This document shows, in pieces, positions 1-14,589 of a stretch of 64,000 bases of DNA; positions within the stretch are counted from its first letter, which is position 1, and every line of letters starts with the position of its first letter. The stretch lies in NCBI RefSeq assembly GCF_009914755.1, contig NC_060937.1; one strand, 5' to 3'. A model generated the notes under the pieces. That model ran no database searches. It was given only the letters and a program-made list of their open reading frames with translations, and was not told the DNA's origin. Both the position numbers and the translations under genes were made by a program. This DNA comes from the human T2T-CHM13v2.0 reference genome, Homo sapiens.

Positions 1-2197
1 TAAAATGAGAAAAAAATGCCTTTCTATAACTTTAATGCCCAAATAGTTATCAAGTTAGAAGTTGTTCTTATGAATGACTGATTTAGTATATTTTCTTCAC
101 TTGGATTTTTTCAACTGTAAAAATGTTATTTTCATTTACCTTTAATTATAGATACCAAATACAATATTTAAAAAACTTACATTTTTCCTAAATGTTGGAA
201 ATTACTTTCAGCACCTATAGCAAATCGTGTAATATTTCACAAATCCTGATAAAGCCAGATCTGTATAAATTTTAGTTAAATTCAAAAGTTGCTTGATGAC
301 ACAATTCTATATCCAAAGTCTAGACAACTTATAAAATTTCAGGAAAGAAAAAAGGGATGAACTGCTGTTATAAAGTACTCAAAACCTATTATTCCTTATT
401 TTATATCATAGTACACAGGCTATCTCTTCTGTCACCTACCTCCAGGCAAAATTGCACCTAATCTATCAGAAAGATGAGTCTCTTCAATTCTTAAAATCCT
501 TCTGGGCAGTAGATATCACAAGTTCCCTTAATGTCAAAAAAACTTTCAATCAGAAATTTCCTCTCTGCACCTCACTCCTCTGACTATATGTTAAACTCAT
601 TTTTTTCTCATACAATTCTAATACAAATAGCTTCAATTAATAAAAGGCATATTTGGCAAACAGTATGTTTTCAACTCACTAGGGCTTTCTAAAGTAAAAT
701 TAATCTGGAGTAAACTTTTAAGAAAAGATATAAATGACATGGAAGTTATCATTTAGAAAATGATTGTAATAAAAGAAAACAACAAAGTACACAGCTAGGG
801 GGAAATTAGCCAGAAAAGACTTAGAAAATTGGATTCTTTGTTACCGACAGAGTGGGAAGGAAAGTGAGAATGTTAAAGGTGATAAAAAGGTGAGGACTAA
901 TAGAATATTATTGAATCAAGAATGTATAATTTAGATTAAATATAAAAAATGAAGGAGAAAAATGGAAGGATATTTTGAGATGATTTAAATATTATCCTAG
1001 AAAATATAATTTAATAAAGCCTTATGTATGTATAATGCATGTGTGTGTATATATATATGTACACAAATACAAGTGTGTGTGTATCAGTGATGAGATATAT
1101 ATATAGAGTTTTGTTGTTATGAAAGTAGGACATGCTTTTTATGTTATTTTTTCTATTTTAAATTAATATTACAATATAAATATTTGACTGATTATATATT
1201 AATTGGTTTAACTCTCCTTCCAATTTCAATTATTTGATTAGGAAATTGCTGCATGCACATTTGAATCAATTCAACACTAACTAAATATTTCTTTTCTTCA
1301 GTTTACATTTTTTGATCATCTGATCTTTCTGATTGCATCATGATTTGCTTTGTGTTTACAATATCAGGGACACTGATATTAACACATATCATAAATTCCC
1401 ATTTAAAAAATATATTAAAAGCAAATTGGACAGTCATGAATTTTTTCCTTGCTGACATAAAAAATATCAAGTAAAGTGATTTCCTGTTGCTCTTTCAGAC
1501 ACCAAGCTGCCTCAAATACTAACTTAATTACGAATTATCAAATTATAAATAGAATAGCCTCTAATTAGCCAAACTCTTCAATAACTCTTTATAGAATGAA
1601 TAATCAGTACTTCTAATAACAGTATTCACAGATGAAACAGATGAAAGAAGATATTCAAGTTTTATAATAGATCAACACAACAGGAGTAATAAATATATAA
1701 TAAAAACATATCCTTTTAAAAACCACATCCCTATAGAAACTTCTTTTTGCAGATTGCAAAATATCAGCAACATTATACAAATTATCCTAGATCCATATGA
1801 CAGTATTTATCTTGAACAAAATAAATTAGAAAACTCTTCTTTTCATAAAAGTTGATTATGCCATACATTATTGTTTACATTATATATTTTTTAACATTTT
1901 AAATAAAAATATGTGTAACATTATATAAGAACATTATATAATTAATATATAATTTAAAATTTAAAAAATTCTCTAGGTGACAATATATTTTTTTATCAGC
2001 TATTTTTTAAATTTAGTTACTATTTAGCTAAAGCATGAATATTATGTACCAGTATATATTAACTTCTGGGAACATAAAAACTGGAGAAAATTACTTATAA
2101 TAACCTTTGTCCTTAGGAAATTTATAGTTTCTATAAATGTAGACAAATAGCAAATCTACTACTTTTCAGATGTCTATGAAAATCGAGACCTTTATAT

Positions 2198-2860
2198 AGT
2201 GTTGATGGGAATGTCAATTGGTACAGACATTTTGAAAAACAGTATGAAGTTTCCTAAAAAAATAAAAATAAAACTAACATAAGATCCTACATTCTACCTT
2301 CTGGATATATATTTAAAATAATTGAAATCAATTGCTTGAAGAGATATCTGCACTCCCTTGTTCATTGCAACATTATTCACAATAGCTAATATATGGAAAC
2401 AAACCAAGTATCCATACAAAGATGAATGAATAAAGAAAATGTGGTATATATACCCAGTGGAATATTATCTAGTCTTAACAAAGAAGGAAATCCTGACATT
2501 TTCATCATCAGGGATGAAACTTGAGGGTTATGATATGTGAAATAAGCCAATCACAGAAGGACAAAAGCTGCATGATTCCAATTATATTAGGTACTTATAA
2601 CAGACAAACTCAGAGGAAGTAAATAATATAATAGTGGTTGCAAGGTGCTGGAGGGAGATGAGGAGATGATGGTCAAAGTTTCAGTTATGCTGAATGAATA
2701 TACTCTGTAGATCTGCTGTACAATATAGTGCCTATCATTAATGATAAGTGTACTTCAAAATTTGTTAAGAGAATAGATCCCACGTTAAGTGTGCCTACCA
2801 CAAAAGTAAATAAATAAATAAAAGCAAATACAAAATTAAAGACACAGGGAAACTCTGAAA
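2198..2860 (+). mobile_element. Old L1 3' end (L1MA8-10/L1MB-like), 5'-truncated
   Basis: ORF2 end/3'UTR motifs gttgatgggaatgtcaattggtaca, gagatatctgcactcccttgttcattgcaacattattcacaatagc and gaatgaataaagaaaatgtggtatata; A-rich end near 2805-2840. Confidence 0.85.
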
Positions 2861-3631
2861 GGTATTTGGCTCACTCTTGGCTCAAAACAAACATGAATAT
2901 GGGGAAAATAGGATTCTGAGTTTTTCATAATTGCCTTTCTCTTCCTATACAACACACTTTTGTTACCTAGAGAATGGCCCAAATTATCTCAATAATACAT
3001 TTGCCAAACAAAATGTCCTCCTCAAATACTTTATGCCTGGTACTACTAAAATAACTTGGAGGATATTTCAGTACAAGCCATATATAATAAAAATTGTCTT
3101 AAATTATCTAAGGTAAAAAACAATTTATTAACCAATAAACTTAAATCACACTCAAAAATAGGCTTTCACAATCAATAATCCACACTGTCATTCAGAAATG
3201 TAGATAGGATGACTAAATTTCACTTTCTATGGGCACATTATTGATGTTGACATAGGGGTCGACATCTTCAAAAAGATGAAGAAAAATAAGAAAAATCCAA
3301 GAAATATCTTTATGGGAAAAGGTTCGAAAAAAATGAACTTCACTGTTGCCCACATTCCACAGCCAAAGACAGTTCCAAGGCCATATCAAAGTGCAGAAAG
3401 AATAAGGAAGAAAGTCTACCTGTATGCCCTATTTAAAATATGTAGGCAATCTTTACCAAATTTTATTCTGTTCATTCTTCCCACTAAAAAAAAAGAAAAA
3501 AGAAAAAACGCAGTCCACCCTCCTTGCCCAACATAAATGAATATGCCAGCGTCTGCTGTTTGACCAGTATTTCCACATGATTTCCTTTTTATCAGTTCCT
3601 TACATAGCTCCCACATGCCACTGTTTTAAAG

Positions 3632-3842
3632 CAGGAGTCTTCAAAATGGTCTGTGGTTCAGCTGTCTATTTTTTAATGTAATGATCTATTGAAACCTAGC
3701 TACATGTGTTTACATACTGTGTATGTCTACCTTGGTGCTACAGTACCAAAGTTGAGTAGAGTTCAGCAGATGTGACAGAGGCTGTATGGCCCAGAAGCCT
3801 AAAATACTGAGTAACCCTATAAGAAAAAGTTTGTCAATGACT
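3632..3842 (+). mobile_element. MER58A-like hAT-Charlie DNA transposon
   Basis: Resembles the recalled MER58A consensus: gttgagtag...gacagaggctgtatggcccagaagcctaaaata...aagaaaaagtttgtc; starts cagg. Confidence 0.75.
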
Positions 3843-4189
3843 ATTTAAAAAAAAAAAAAAAGTTTTTGTCCAATATACATACAATGGTCTATTTGTCACA
3901 GGCAGGCATTTTGACAATCATCTGCTTTGGCAGTAAAGGTAATTTTTGGATTTGATCTTGAAAGAAAGTTCTTATTCATTGCTCTCTACTCACTCACATG
4001 GCACTCTGGGAGATCCTTCTTTGTTTATTGAACTGTTGGGCATAGCTGATGATGGTGACTGATAGCTTGCTGTCCTTTCCCATCTTGTTTACTGTCATAT
4101 TAGTTTACTGTCATTTTAGTGCTCAAAAAGGAAAAAAAGGATTTTTTTAGCTAGTTATGTTAGAAGTTCATTACTCATTTTTTTAAAAT

Positions 4190-4620
4190 TTTTCTGTGAT
4201 TCAAAATTACCCTCAAAAACTCAATGGCTTTTGACATCTGACATCAACAAAGGTTTATTTCTTGATCATGTCACATTTTGACTAGCAGTCAGCAGCAGCT
4301 CTGATCTGGCTCCAATTTACAAATAAGCCTCAGATTGGCTTCACCTTTTTTTTCTTTTTTTTTTTTATTCTGGGCCCAGCCTATTGGAGCAATCTGTATC
4401 TGGGACATGCCATTTTCATGGCAGAATGGCCAGAGTGTTGACTGGAATGCACAATGGCTTTTAAAGCTTTTGCTGTCATATGACATGTGTTATGTCCACT
4501 CACATTCCACTGGCCAAAGTAAACTCAATAGTATTGAAGCAGGGAGGTATACAAAATACCAGGGCACTAAAATTTACAGAGTAATGAATTGGAAAGCATA
4601 ATCTTCTTACATGAATGTGG
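4190..4620 (-). mobile_element. Old MaLR LTR (MLT1J/K-like)
   Basis: aacaaaggtttatttcttgatca, tgggacatgccattttcatggcaga and cacattccactggccaaag resemble MLT1 LTR sequence in reverse orientation. Confidence 0.5.
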
Positions 4621-4859
4621 AATATGTAGCATAAGCAATAATGCAATCTGACTTCTTAAGCCTATGATCTGTGTGCTTCTAATCATTTCTCTGCACCAGT
4701 AGCAGAGTTCTTAACAAAAGGTAATTGTCAAGTTTATTTTTTTTGCTTATGTATTGAAGTGCCTTTTTGTATCAGATTAAATAATATACCTTGAAGCTAT
4801 TAGGATTGCTTTTTAAGAACTCATTCCTTATTTAATCTTTCCTAAAAGCTAGGTCTTAA

Positions 4860-5570
4860 TAGTGCTTTTTCATATTTATTTTGTGCTGCTACAGTGGGTT
4901 TCCCTAACTCACTAAGGACAAGACATGATATATTCCTTTTTATTTCTCCTGGAGACCAACCATTTCTTACCTAAAGTAATCTCTTTTATTTGATAACATC
5001 GTAAGCAATCTGATCACAACACACATCCACAACTAACAATCTGTTTTCCAGCCACTTTTCAGAAAGCTACAGGATCGATAGACACATTTCTGCCTTTCAG
5101 GATATCACAGGAAACAGTTTTCTCAAATGTTTTGGCACTGCATAGGTAGGAACTTCTCTGATATCAGTTCCTTTGCTATGTGACTACTAATTTGATACCA
5201 AGCATTTAATGATTCTGTGATTGTTTGGCAGCACCACGTTTCAAAGTATAATTTTCTCATGTGTTAAGGTAATTCTAAACACAACAGATTAACAGTGAAA
5301 TACTGCCAACTAGGTTTCAATTTACACAGTGTTATGTGGTGTAGATGTTCAACACTTGCATCCAGAATCAGTTTTGGAATTAATAGGTGGCCAAAATTAG
5401 AAGAGAGAGGATAACTCATGGAAAATCTTACGTCCTAGGAAGTTGCACAAAACTCTTTGTTTCACCTTGCAAAGGTGAAAAGGCCAAAACTCAGTCATGT
5501 GGCCATGACCTAATTGAAAACGAAGCTAGGAAGGTTGATCTTTGTCTATGCCTCAGGTAAAACAAAGATT
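4860..5570 (-). mobile_element. MLT1-like internal fragment plus LTR
   Basis: ggcagcaccac...taatttt resembles an internal/LTR junction near 5230-5260; ggccaaaactcagtcatgtggccatgacctaattg is an MLT1J/K-like LTR motif. Confidence 0.45.
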
Positions 5571-5895
5571 TTTGCTGCCCCTGCTTGAGGTTGCAGAGAG
5601 TTCATGAATTTATATTTCTCTAAATAAGTCTATTGACCCTAAATTTTATGTTTGTTTTATTTTGTTTTACCCTTTATTTTTTGCAGCACTAACCCATTAC
5701 TGAAAATATATTTGTATTTCCATCAATAGCTTTCCTAGTGAGGGAAAGTTACATTTTTAAAATAAGGTTAAATGAGCTCATATACATATATATAGTATGT
5801 ATTTATATATGTATTTATATATATATATATGAACAAAAAGTACCCATATTTAGTAAATTGCTTTATGATCACACATTCCAAAAAAGTAAATTAAA

Positions 5896-6090
5896 GCTGG
5901 ATGAAGTGGCACATGCTTGCAATCCAGCTACTCGGGAGGCTGAGGTGAAAGGATTGCTGGACGCTGAGGTGAAAGGATTGCTTGAGTCTGGGAGTTTAGG
6001 GGTTTGAGGCTGGCATGGGGAACACATTAAGATTCTGCCTCAAAAATAAAAACAATAACAAAAAAAAACTAACAAAAAACAAATAAAATA
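5896..6090 (+). mobile_element. FLAM_A-like Alu monomer with internal duplication
   Basis: gtggcacatgcttgcaatccagctactcgggaggctgagg...cttgagtctgggagttt; A-rich tail 6042-6090. Confidence 0.8.
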
Positions 6091-6473
6091 GTGAGATTTA
6101 ACTGTAGTTTTGCAAATTTATCTGTCAGTCAAAAGACTGAACCCTACTAAAATTTAATGGCTTTTACATTGAAAACTTCTCATATGTTCTCAATTTTATT
6201 TGACATTTTTTTCTCAGTAAATAAACAATAATATACTAGAACATTAGGTAATTTAGAAATTTTTTAAACTTCCATTGTGTTTTCCTTTACAATATTAAAT
6301 TTAGTAAGTTCTTTCACTAGAAAAAGTGTGATGAAAATAGAATATTTATAATAAGATTTAAAATAACTTTTTTCTTTTCAAACAGATATTCTATTAATTA
6401 TCCTTGAATATAAAAATCCAAAACAAAACAAATATGTAGTTGGAGTACATGTTTTCTCAACTATCTTAGAACA

Positions 6474-6939
6474 CAGGAACTGGGCCACACAGCAGGAGGT
6501 GAACGCAAGCCAGGGAACAAACCTTCATTTGTGTTTATAGCCCTCCCCATCACTCTCACACTACTGCCTGAGCTCCCCTCCTGTGGCCTTAGATTCTCAT
6601 TCAAGGGCAAACCCTATTGTCAACTGCACATGAGAGGGATCTAGGTTGTGAGCTCCTTATGAGAATCTAATACCTGATCACCTGTCACTGTCTACCATCA
6701 CCCCTAGATAGGACCGTCTGATTACAGGAAAACAAGCTGAGAGCTCCCATTGATTCCACATTATTGTGAATTGTATACTTATTTTATTACATATTACAAT
6801 GTAATAATAATATAAATAAAGTGCACAATAAAAGTAATGTACTTGAATCATCCCAAAACCATCTCCCCCTCTCTGGGTCCATGGAAAAATTGTCTTGCAT
6901 GAAACCAGTCCCTAATGCCAAAAAGGCTAGTGACCACTG
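6474..6939 (+). mobile_element. MER1A hAT-Charlie DNA transposon
   Basis: ggaactgggccacacagcaggaggtga, ctccttatgagaatctaa, catggaaaaattgtctt...gaaaccagtccct...gaccactg. Confidence 0.88.
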
Positions 6940-7934
6940 TTTTAGAAGCTACCCTGCTTGATGCTCTTGCTCTAAGATGAGTCAATAGAGAACTTGCTCA
7001 TTTAGCTTACTCAATTTTTCATGCAACTATTTAGGAATAAAACTGAGACAGTATCCTTATTTCTTGCATTCCACCCTATTCTGTTTGTGGTACATGATTT
7101 TGAAGTGATGATCCTTAGAAAGTTATATAATTCTAAAACTTAAAATTCTAGAAATGTAGTCAGGAAAATTGACCAAAATGTTAATCTCCTTCAATATTAC
7201 TACTAAAATTATTATAGAGAAACTCATTTGTACAACACTAGTTAGAAAGGCAAGCAGCCATTGGCCTGCATGAAAAGTTGGTCCCCACAATAAATTAGTA
7301 TCTATATTACCTTTATTTGCATGGCACATATGTAATCTCGAAACTTACTACAATATTGTGATCTTTTTTGTCTCATACAGACACTTTTCTCACCTTAGCC
7401 TGAATGATAAGATTTTCCCACAAGGCAGGGTGATAGTCCTTGTGATGATCTGGATAAACTGAGAAATACCATTGATTCCAAATAACTCAGTGGAATAAAA
7501 GTATTAATTTTAATATAACATGCTGACAAATGGACAAAACTAACTTTTACAATGGTTTTCTTGAAGTTACTATGTTTGGTATTTCCCTTTATTGGTTTTA
7601 GAGAAAAAGAAACCATATAATGGCATTAAGCCATGTAAAAATAATATAGATTAAATTGAAATTTAGTCATAACATAATCCCTTTTACTTTGTATTGTTCC
7701 TTGAATGTTTTAAATGCTTGTCATTCATGGAAGTACCCTCACTGCCCACAGGAAACATTCCATATTCAACATATGGTTTTTCATAATCTCACTCCAACAT
7801 AATTTATTGGAGATATATTTCCTTATACAGGTTATTTTTTAAATATTTTGAATTGGATTATCATTTCTCAGTTGAGCAATGATTTACTTTGATAATGTGG
7901 GCTTATGCTTCATGTTTAGTTTTTAGTTATTTTA

Positions 7935-8950
7935 TAAAGTTATAATTTACATACATTAAAAGTACGTATTTTAAGCATACAATTTGATAGGTTTTTACAC
8001 ACACACACATACACACACACACACACACATAGCATCTATTTATAGATAAAAGTAGACGACATTTATGTGCTGCAAAATGTCCACTGCCTTTTTTGTTCTG
8101 GTGAATACACCACTCACAACATAGCCACCAGTAGTTTTGTTTGGCTTTGCCGATTGTTTATAACCCAAGATTGAATTTTTGTCTTTTATACTTACTATTG
8201 AATTCTATAAAATTGCATTTGATGAGAAAAACTGAAGTTGCTTTATTTATTCCAAGGTTTGCTTCATAATTTATGTTCAATATCAGTAATAATCACCTTC
8301 ATTTTCCCTGCTGTTTATTCTTTTGTATAGAGTTTTATGTCCATCTGGAATCATTTTTCTTCTGTCTAAAGAACTTCATTTAACATTTCATGTAGTATGT
8401 GTTTGGTGGTAATAACTTATGTTTTGATTTTTGTATGTCTGAAAAAAATCTACATTTTTCTCATTTTTGAAAGATAATTTTAATGAAGAATACATTTTAT
8501 GTTGCTGTGTTTTGTTTTGTTGCTCCACTATCTTCTTGTGTTCATTGTTTCTGACTGGAATCGGCCATCTTCTTTTTCTTTGTTCCTTTGTAAAATGTAC
8601 TGCCTATTTACCCACCCAAACCTGGCTGCTCTCAAGATTTTCTTTTTATCACTGGTCTTTAGCAATTTGGTTATGATATGCCTTGGATTAGTTTAGTTTC
8701 CTTCACATTTCTTATCTTAGGGGTTAGTTGGACATCTTGGATCTCCGAGTTTATAATGTCATTAAATTTGAAAAGTTTAGATATTATCTATTGAAACATT
8801 TTTATGTAACACTTCTCCCATTTCCTTTTTTTTACCACCATATCAAGCCTCTTTAAAATGTCCTATAACTCACTGATGCTCTGATGATTGTTTTTAATTA
8901 TCTTTTCTATGTTTTCATTTGAATAGTTTCTATTGCTAAATCTATTTCTA
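7935..8950 (-). mobile_element. Degraded L1M fragments (3' end and ORF1 region) with embedded (CA)n
   Basis: tataatttacatacattaaaagtacgtattttaag (L1MC/ME 3' end, reverse); ctctcaagattttctttttatcactggtctttagcaatttggttatgatatgccttgg (L1M ORF1 region, reverse); (CA)n at about 7997-8029. Confidence 0.65.
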
Positions 8951-10984
8951 ATTCCATAGAATGAATATGTAGTAAGCTAGAATATGAAGCATTCTATTTT
9001 TGAACAAGGCCCATATTTCATTCTCAAATAATAATGACTAGAGCTTAGAATCTGAAGTTATTTTTATATGTATCAGCTCTTACCCTAAATAACTATAATT
9101 GGAATAAATCAGTAAAATTACTGGTGTCTTAATTTCACAGATATAATCTTTAATAGTAGGATTTTGGATGTTCAGTGATTTTTAATCTCCTTTCTTAGGA
9201 TGCTAAGCTTCCTTCAAGACAAAGTGAGATTTTAGATATTAGGCAACTTGTGTTCCAATTTTCTCATTTGTTTTAAACTGGAATAGCTTTGTAGGATCAT
9301 GGGATTGTGATAAATACTGGGTTTCAATTTAGGAGATTGTTTAGAATGATTTTTTTAAATTTGCTGGATAAATGATCTCTCAAATATCACATATTATAAG
9401 ATTAGACACTAAAAGCCAAGAGACAATTGTTTTACCTAATACAATATGTTCCATTTGCTGAAATCCACCAAAAATTCCTGATTCTTATCTTTCTTTGACT
9501 CCAACCTAGGTGTTGCCAGATGTTTCTGTTTTTGCTCATGACATAAGGGCTTATAAATTTTCCAATTTGCAGAATTTACTTTATCCTTTTACCACCAATA
9601 AACACAGAATTCTTAAAATGTGTTGTGCATGAATGTGATATCCAGTCCTCTTTCACAGTTAGTCATTTGTTCTGAAACATTTTTTTATTTCAACAATTCT
9701 CCATAAGATTCTGCACTTGCTCCTGAGGATGCAAAAGAGTAGCCATACATTAATAATTGATTTGCTGTTTTGTTTCTGTCTGGGAGGATATAAGACATGC
9801 AGACTTGTTTTAAACAATATAATACAGTAAGTTCTATAATAAATAAATGTGAAAAGTGTTTTAGGTTTGCAAAACATGGATTGTTATCTCATTGCATGAC
9901 TATTTGGGTCTCCAAGAAAGATTTCAAAGAGGAAATAATAATTGTGGTAAGTTTCAAAAGATATAGCAGAGTTTTCCCTGAAAGGAAGGTTATAGTCCCT
10001 GATTGACTACTGCTTTCTTGCTGTCACTCAAGTTTTGATAAACTAGCATTTTAGCTGTGGATTGAGTAAAGAATACTACAGAAAGAGTGATTGAGAATTA
10101 TTTATAATAGCTAGCATGTTATTGTATCTGCAATGTAGGCTAGATTTTACCATATGCTATGCTCACAAACTAATGTATATTTACTGCTATCCACAAGGCT
10201 GATCAAGTATTAATGTATATATTTTATTATAAATCATTAATCTTATTATGAATTGTGTGTCAGTTTATTGTCATTACAACCAATTTTACTAAATTACGAT
10301 GTATACATTATGCACAAAAATAAAAACAGCAAATACATTTTTGCATGTATAAAATACCTACCATAGAAACAACTTAATGCTTTACTAGAAACATTTACAT
10401 TTATTTAAACAGCAGATAATATTTTAAGTAAACATGTATGTGAGTTAAGTAAACATGCAAAATATGACATGCTTACTGCTTATGTTCTTTCACATTTATT
10501 CTTTTATAATTCATGAGTTATAAACAACAATGAACTTCATTACTAGGCAGATGTGTGTTTGAATCCTGATATTAAGAGAATTGAAGCTCAAGTACTTCAA
10601 CGATATAATGTTAAGTTTAATGTACAAAAATACAGTTATTGTATGAACTAAAAATAGGTTTCCTTAAATATAAATATCTGTTAAAGGGCTTAAAAAGAGT
10701 CTAATACATAATACATATTTCAGTCACGTTAACTATTATTGTTAAACTATTTTTAAGTTGTATCAATTTATCTTTTCACTTGAAAAAGGATTTCCATAGG
10801 AACTATAATTGTCATTAGAACTTAAATATTTTTTCTAAACAATATTTATTAAATGCAAAACATAAATCATATAAAATAAAAATATAAATGTAATTTTCAG
10901 ATGTATTTAGATGAGTAATAAACATTGTTAAATAGCTGTATATCAACAACTCATGCGTTTATTCTTCTGATCAATTTAAATTTT

Positions 10985-12010
10985 ATTTGTTGAATATTTA
11001 TTATGTGCCAGACACTAACATAAGCATCTAGAATACATCAGGAATCCAAACTGACAAAGAGTTTTGCCTTCACGGTGCTTTTATTCTAGTGTTCAATAAT
11101 AAAATTCATTAATAATAAAGTTTGCACTATATTAGAGGATGATAATTGCAATGAGAAAAATTAGAGCACTACAAAAGGGAATGAGAGATCTTCAAGCGAG
11201 TTGCTGTTTGTCAGAGTAGACCATACTAAGAAGTTAATATTTGAGCAAAAGAGGTAGTCATGTACCTCTCTGGAAGAAGAGCATTTCAGGCAGAGGCCAG
11301 ATTGCATAAAAGAACTTAGATGGGAGTGCATGTAACATATTCTGGAAATAGTTTTTAGGTCAATTTGGTTAGAATAAAGAGAAAATGAAAGACGTGAGAC
11401 CAAAACAGTAATGACAGGGGTGAATGGTGGTAAGCTTCCAGATCATATATGACCTTGTAGGCCACTGTGAGGACTTGACTTGTACTCACATTGAAATGAA
11501 AAGCCTTTGGAAGATTTTGGTTTTAGCAGGACATGGGTGGACTTAGTTTTTAAAGGATCACTGTAAGTGTTATGTTGAACATTTCAGTAGGAGAGGTGCT
11601 AAGACAGGAATGTACCAACTCATTTGGGGACTATTACAGTAATCTGGGAAAGAGATAAGAAGCAAAGAGCAGGAAGGTAATGCATACATGATGATTAATG
11701 TTGAGAAACTGACTACCCTTTATCAGTAGAGCCAAACTTCCTGATGGATAGTGTGAGGGAGTCAAGGATGAAGACAACATTTGTAATTGGTTAATAGCAA
11801 GAATACAGTTGACAGTAACTGAGATAGTTGTGAACGGAGAAAGGGAAGGGGGATATGAGTCAAATTTTCAAAACACAAAGTTTGAAATATCTGTTAGATG
11901 CCCAAGTAGGATTTCAAAATAGGTAGTGAGATCTAGAAATCTGGATTTGAGGAACTAGTTTGGGGATTTATAAATGTTGTTTTAAGCCATAAATTTGGAT
12001 GAGATCACAC
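10985..12010 (-). mobile_element. L2 LINE 3' portion
   Basis: ttgttgaatatttattatgtgccagacact (L2 3' end), gaccttgtaggccactgtgaggactt, tttgaaatatctgttagatgcccaagtagga. Confidence 0.75.
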
Positions 12011-12019
12011 ACAAAAAAG

Positions 12020-12400
12020 AGTAAATTGAATGAATAAATTGTGGCTTATTTACTTAATGCAATATTAGTCATCTATATAACAATGACTTCTTATGTATAC
12101 AAAAACATGGAAGACTGTAAAAAAAGTATACTAAGCAAAGAAAGCAAGCAAAAAAGACTAGAACATTAAAAAATAATTTATTGTGACTGAAAAGAAAGCA
12201 GTTGTTGCCTAGGGCTGGGAGTGAGGATTTGACTGGCAAAAAACATAAAAGAACTTTGTAGTTTGATAGAAATGCTCCATCTCTTTGTTTTATTTCTGAT
12301 TATATGAGTAGATACATTTTCAAAACAAATCAAACATAATATGAATGTATTTTATGTGTTTTAAAATACTAAGGAAGTACATTTCAAAGAAATTGATATT
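12020..12400 (+). mobile_element. L1ME-like 3' end
   Basis: gaatgaataaattgtgg, gttgcctagggctgggagtgaggatttgactggcaaa, tgatagaaatgctccatct. Confidence 0.65.
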
Positions 12401-14589
12401 TTGAAATATAAAACAAAACCTTAGAAAAGAAAAACTACATAATACATAAAATCTCAATACATGAGATATTTTGAAAAATATAAATGTATTTTTATTTCTA
12501 TATATTATTATATTGATTATATTATGCTTTTATATCTTATGTTAAACTTGGCTACCTCTGGAAATTATTACTTAATGCTAGGAAATTTTCCTTAAAAATC
12601 AATGGATTTTTGGCATTATTATTTGATTTCTTGGCACATTCTGAAATACTCAAATAAATATTTTATCATTATATTTACCAATCAAAAAATAAAATAAATT
12701 CACTCATAAAAATGGTACATCAGTAGGTTGAATGATCTTTTTTCTGAATTAAATGTTTTTCACCCATCCAAGTTATGTTTGCATTTTAAGGATACAAATT
12801 ATAAAGGAAACATTACTTCGGTAATAACAAGGCACTCAAACGTTTTAATAAAGATACTGTTTCATTTATTTAGCAAATTTCTGAATATTTGGGCAAAAAT
12901 TTTACTATTTCTAATTACAGATAATTAACCTAAAGCTCAGATAATTAAAAGTAGTGACAAGATAAATAAAATTAATGATAGAAGTCTGATCTCCTTTGAG
13001 AAAATACTCTTATTGTAAAACTACACAAATATACATGAAGCCATAATCCTATAATCATATGCATTTGATTAGGGTCTATTGCTTGACATGAAGCACTCTT
13101 AAGGAAATTATATATTTTTCAAAATTTCTATGACCTAATATAACAAAGTAGTCCATTTTAATTATCCTTTTATACAAATTCAAGAATATAGTTATACATA
13201 TTCATGACGGCAGTATTAAAATATTCAATGTAATTAACACAAAAGTATTATATATATTTAAATGACTTAATTAATAGAATAGAAATTACTTGATAATACC
13301 GAAAATTATATACCTTTGTTTTCACATCTGTCATGCTGCAATAAAGCGTATCAGACTGTTCCTCCCAGTATAAAACCAAAAATTGGGTGAAGTATTTTCA
13401 GGCCTAAATTAAGCATGATCCTTGAGAATACGGATCATGGATCCATGAATTCACTCTTACAGTTTATCTACATTTAATTCTGGAATTAGTTTCTCAATTG
13501 CAATATAAGGATGTAGCACAGACGTTCTTGTGCACAAGGTGTGTAAAGGCAGAGATGAACATCAGAGCTATTGAAATAGCTAGAATTTAGTGAGCAGGAA
13601 AACAGAAAGGTGTCTGCCATGTAAAAGAAGTGAGGTCCAGAAATTTCAGTGGGATTTTCTTATGTATCACTGAATAAGGCTTGCTATGCATACACACAGG
13701 ACAGGACTCAACAAGACTTACAGGAAAGGAAAATAGCTGAGAGGCTGAATGAAGATGTTAGTTATGCAATCCTAGGGCACATTGTATTTCAGGCCAGACA
13801 GGGTAAGAGAGCTTCCTAAGTATTTCAAGCATTCAGTTGAGTCTGAAGAAGGTTTATACTTTAAAAATAAGGGCCACACCCTAGAGTAAGGATCATGTCT
13901 TAGAAGTAGAGACAAAACTAAAACGGACTCACTCAAACAAAGAATAAAAGTAATCCTGGGATCCAAGAAAATCATCAGTAGTTTTTCTGAGTGCTAGAAA
14001 AAGCAAATCAACATTATTTAAAGAGATAAATCCAGAATCTAGGCAATTTATAATGTATCATCCATGTTTAACATGAAATCAAATTGTTACCAGGCATTTT
14101 TTGAATCAGGAAATGTAGCTCATAATCAGAAGAAAAAGCCATCAATAGAAACACAGACTTAACCACGACAGAGATGCTGAAGTTGAAATTATCACGCCTG
14201 GATTTAAAAATCGCTATCATGAAACTGATGACATAAATTTAAAAGGTAATATAATTAGTTAACAGATAGATAATTTCAGCAGAGTAATTGAGCTATGAGA
14301 TAAATGAAAATTCTAAAACTGGAAAGTACAAAATTTGAAATAAGGTATTCCCTGGATGTGTTTAATAGTGGATTAGAGCTTGCAAAAGAATGGGTCATTG
14401 AACTTGAAGACAGATCAATAAACCTTATTGATATGAAGAACAGAGATAAACAAAAAGCAAAAAAAGAATAAGTTTCAATAACCCATGGGACAATATTGAG
14501 TTATCTAACATATATAACGTATATGTATTAATAGAGCTCCAGAAGAAGAGAATAGGATAGAATAATTATTATTTAAAAATTTAATAATC

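Noticed and set aside
3240-3620. Non-repeat stretch with an 86-aa lysine-rich ORF
   Set aside because: Lysines come from A-runs; no recognisable domain or exon structure.
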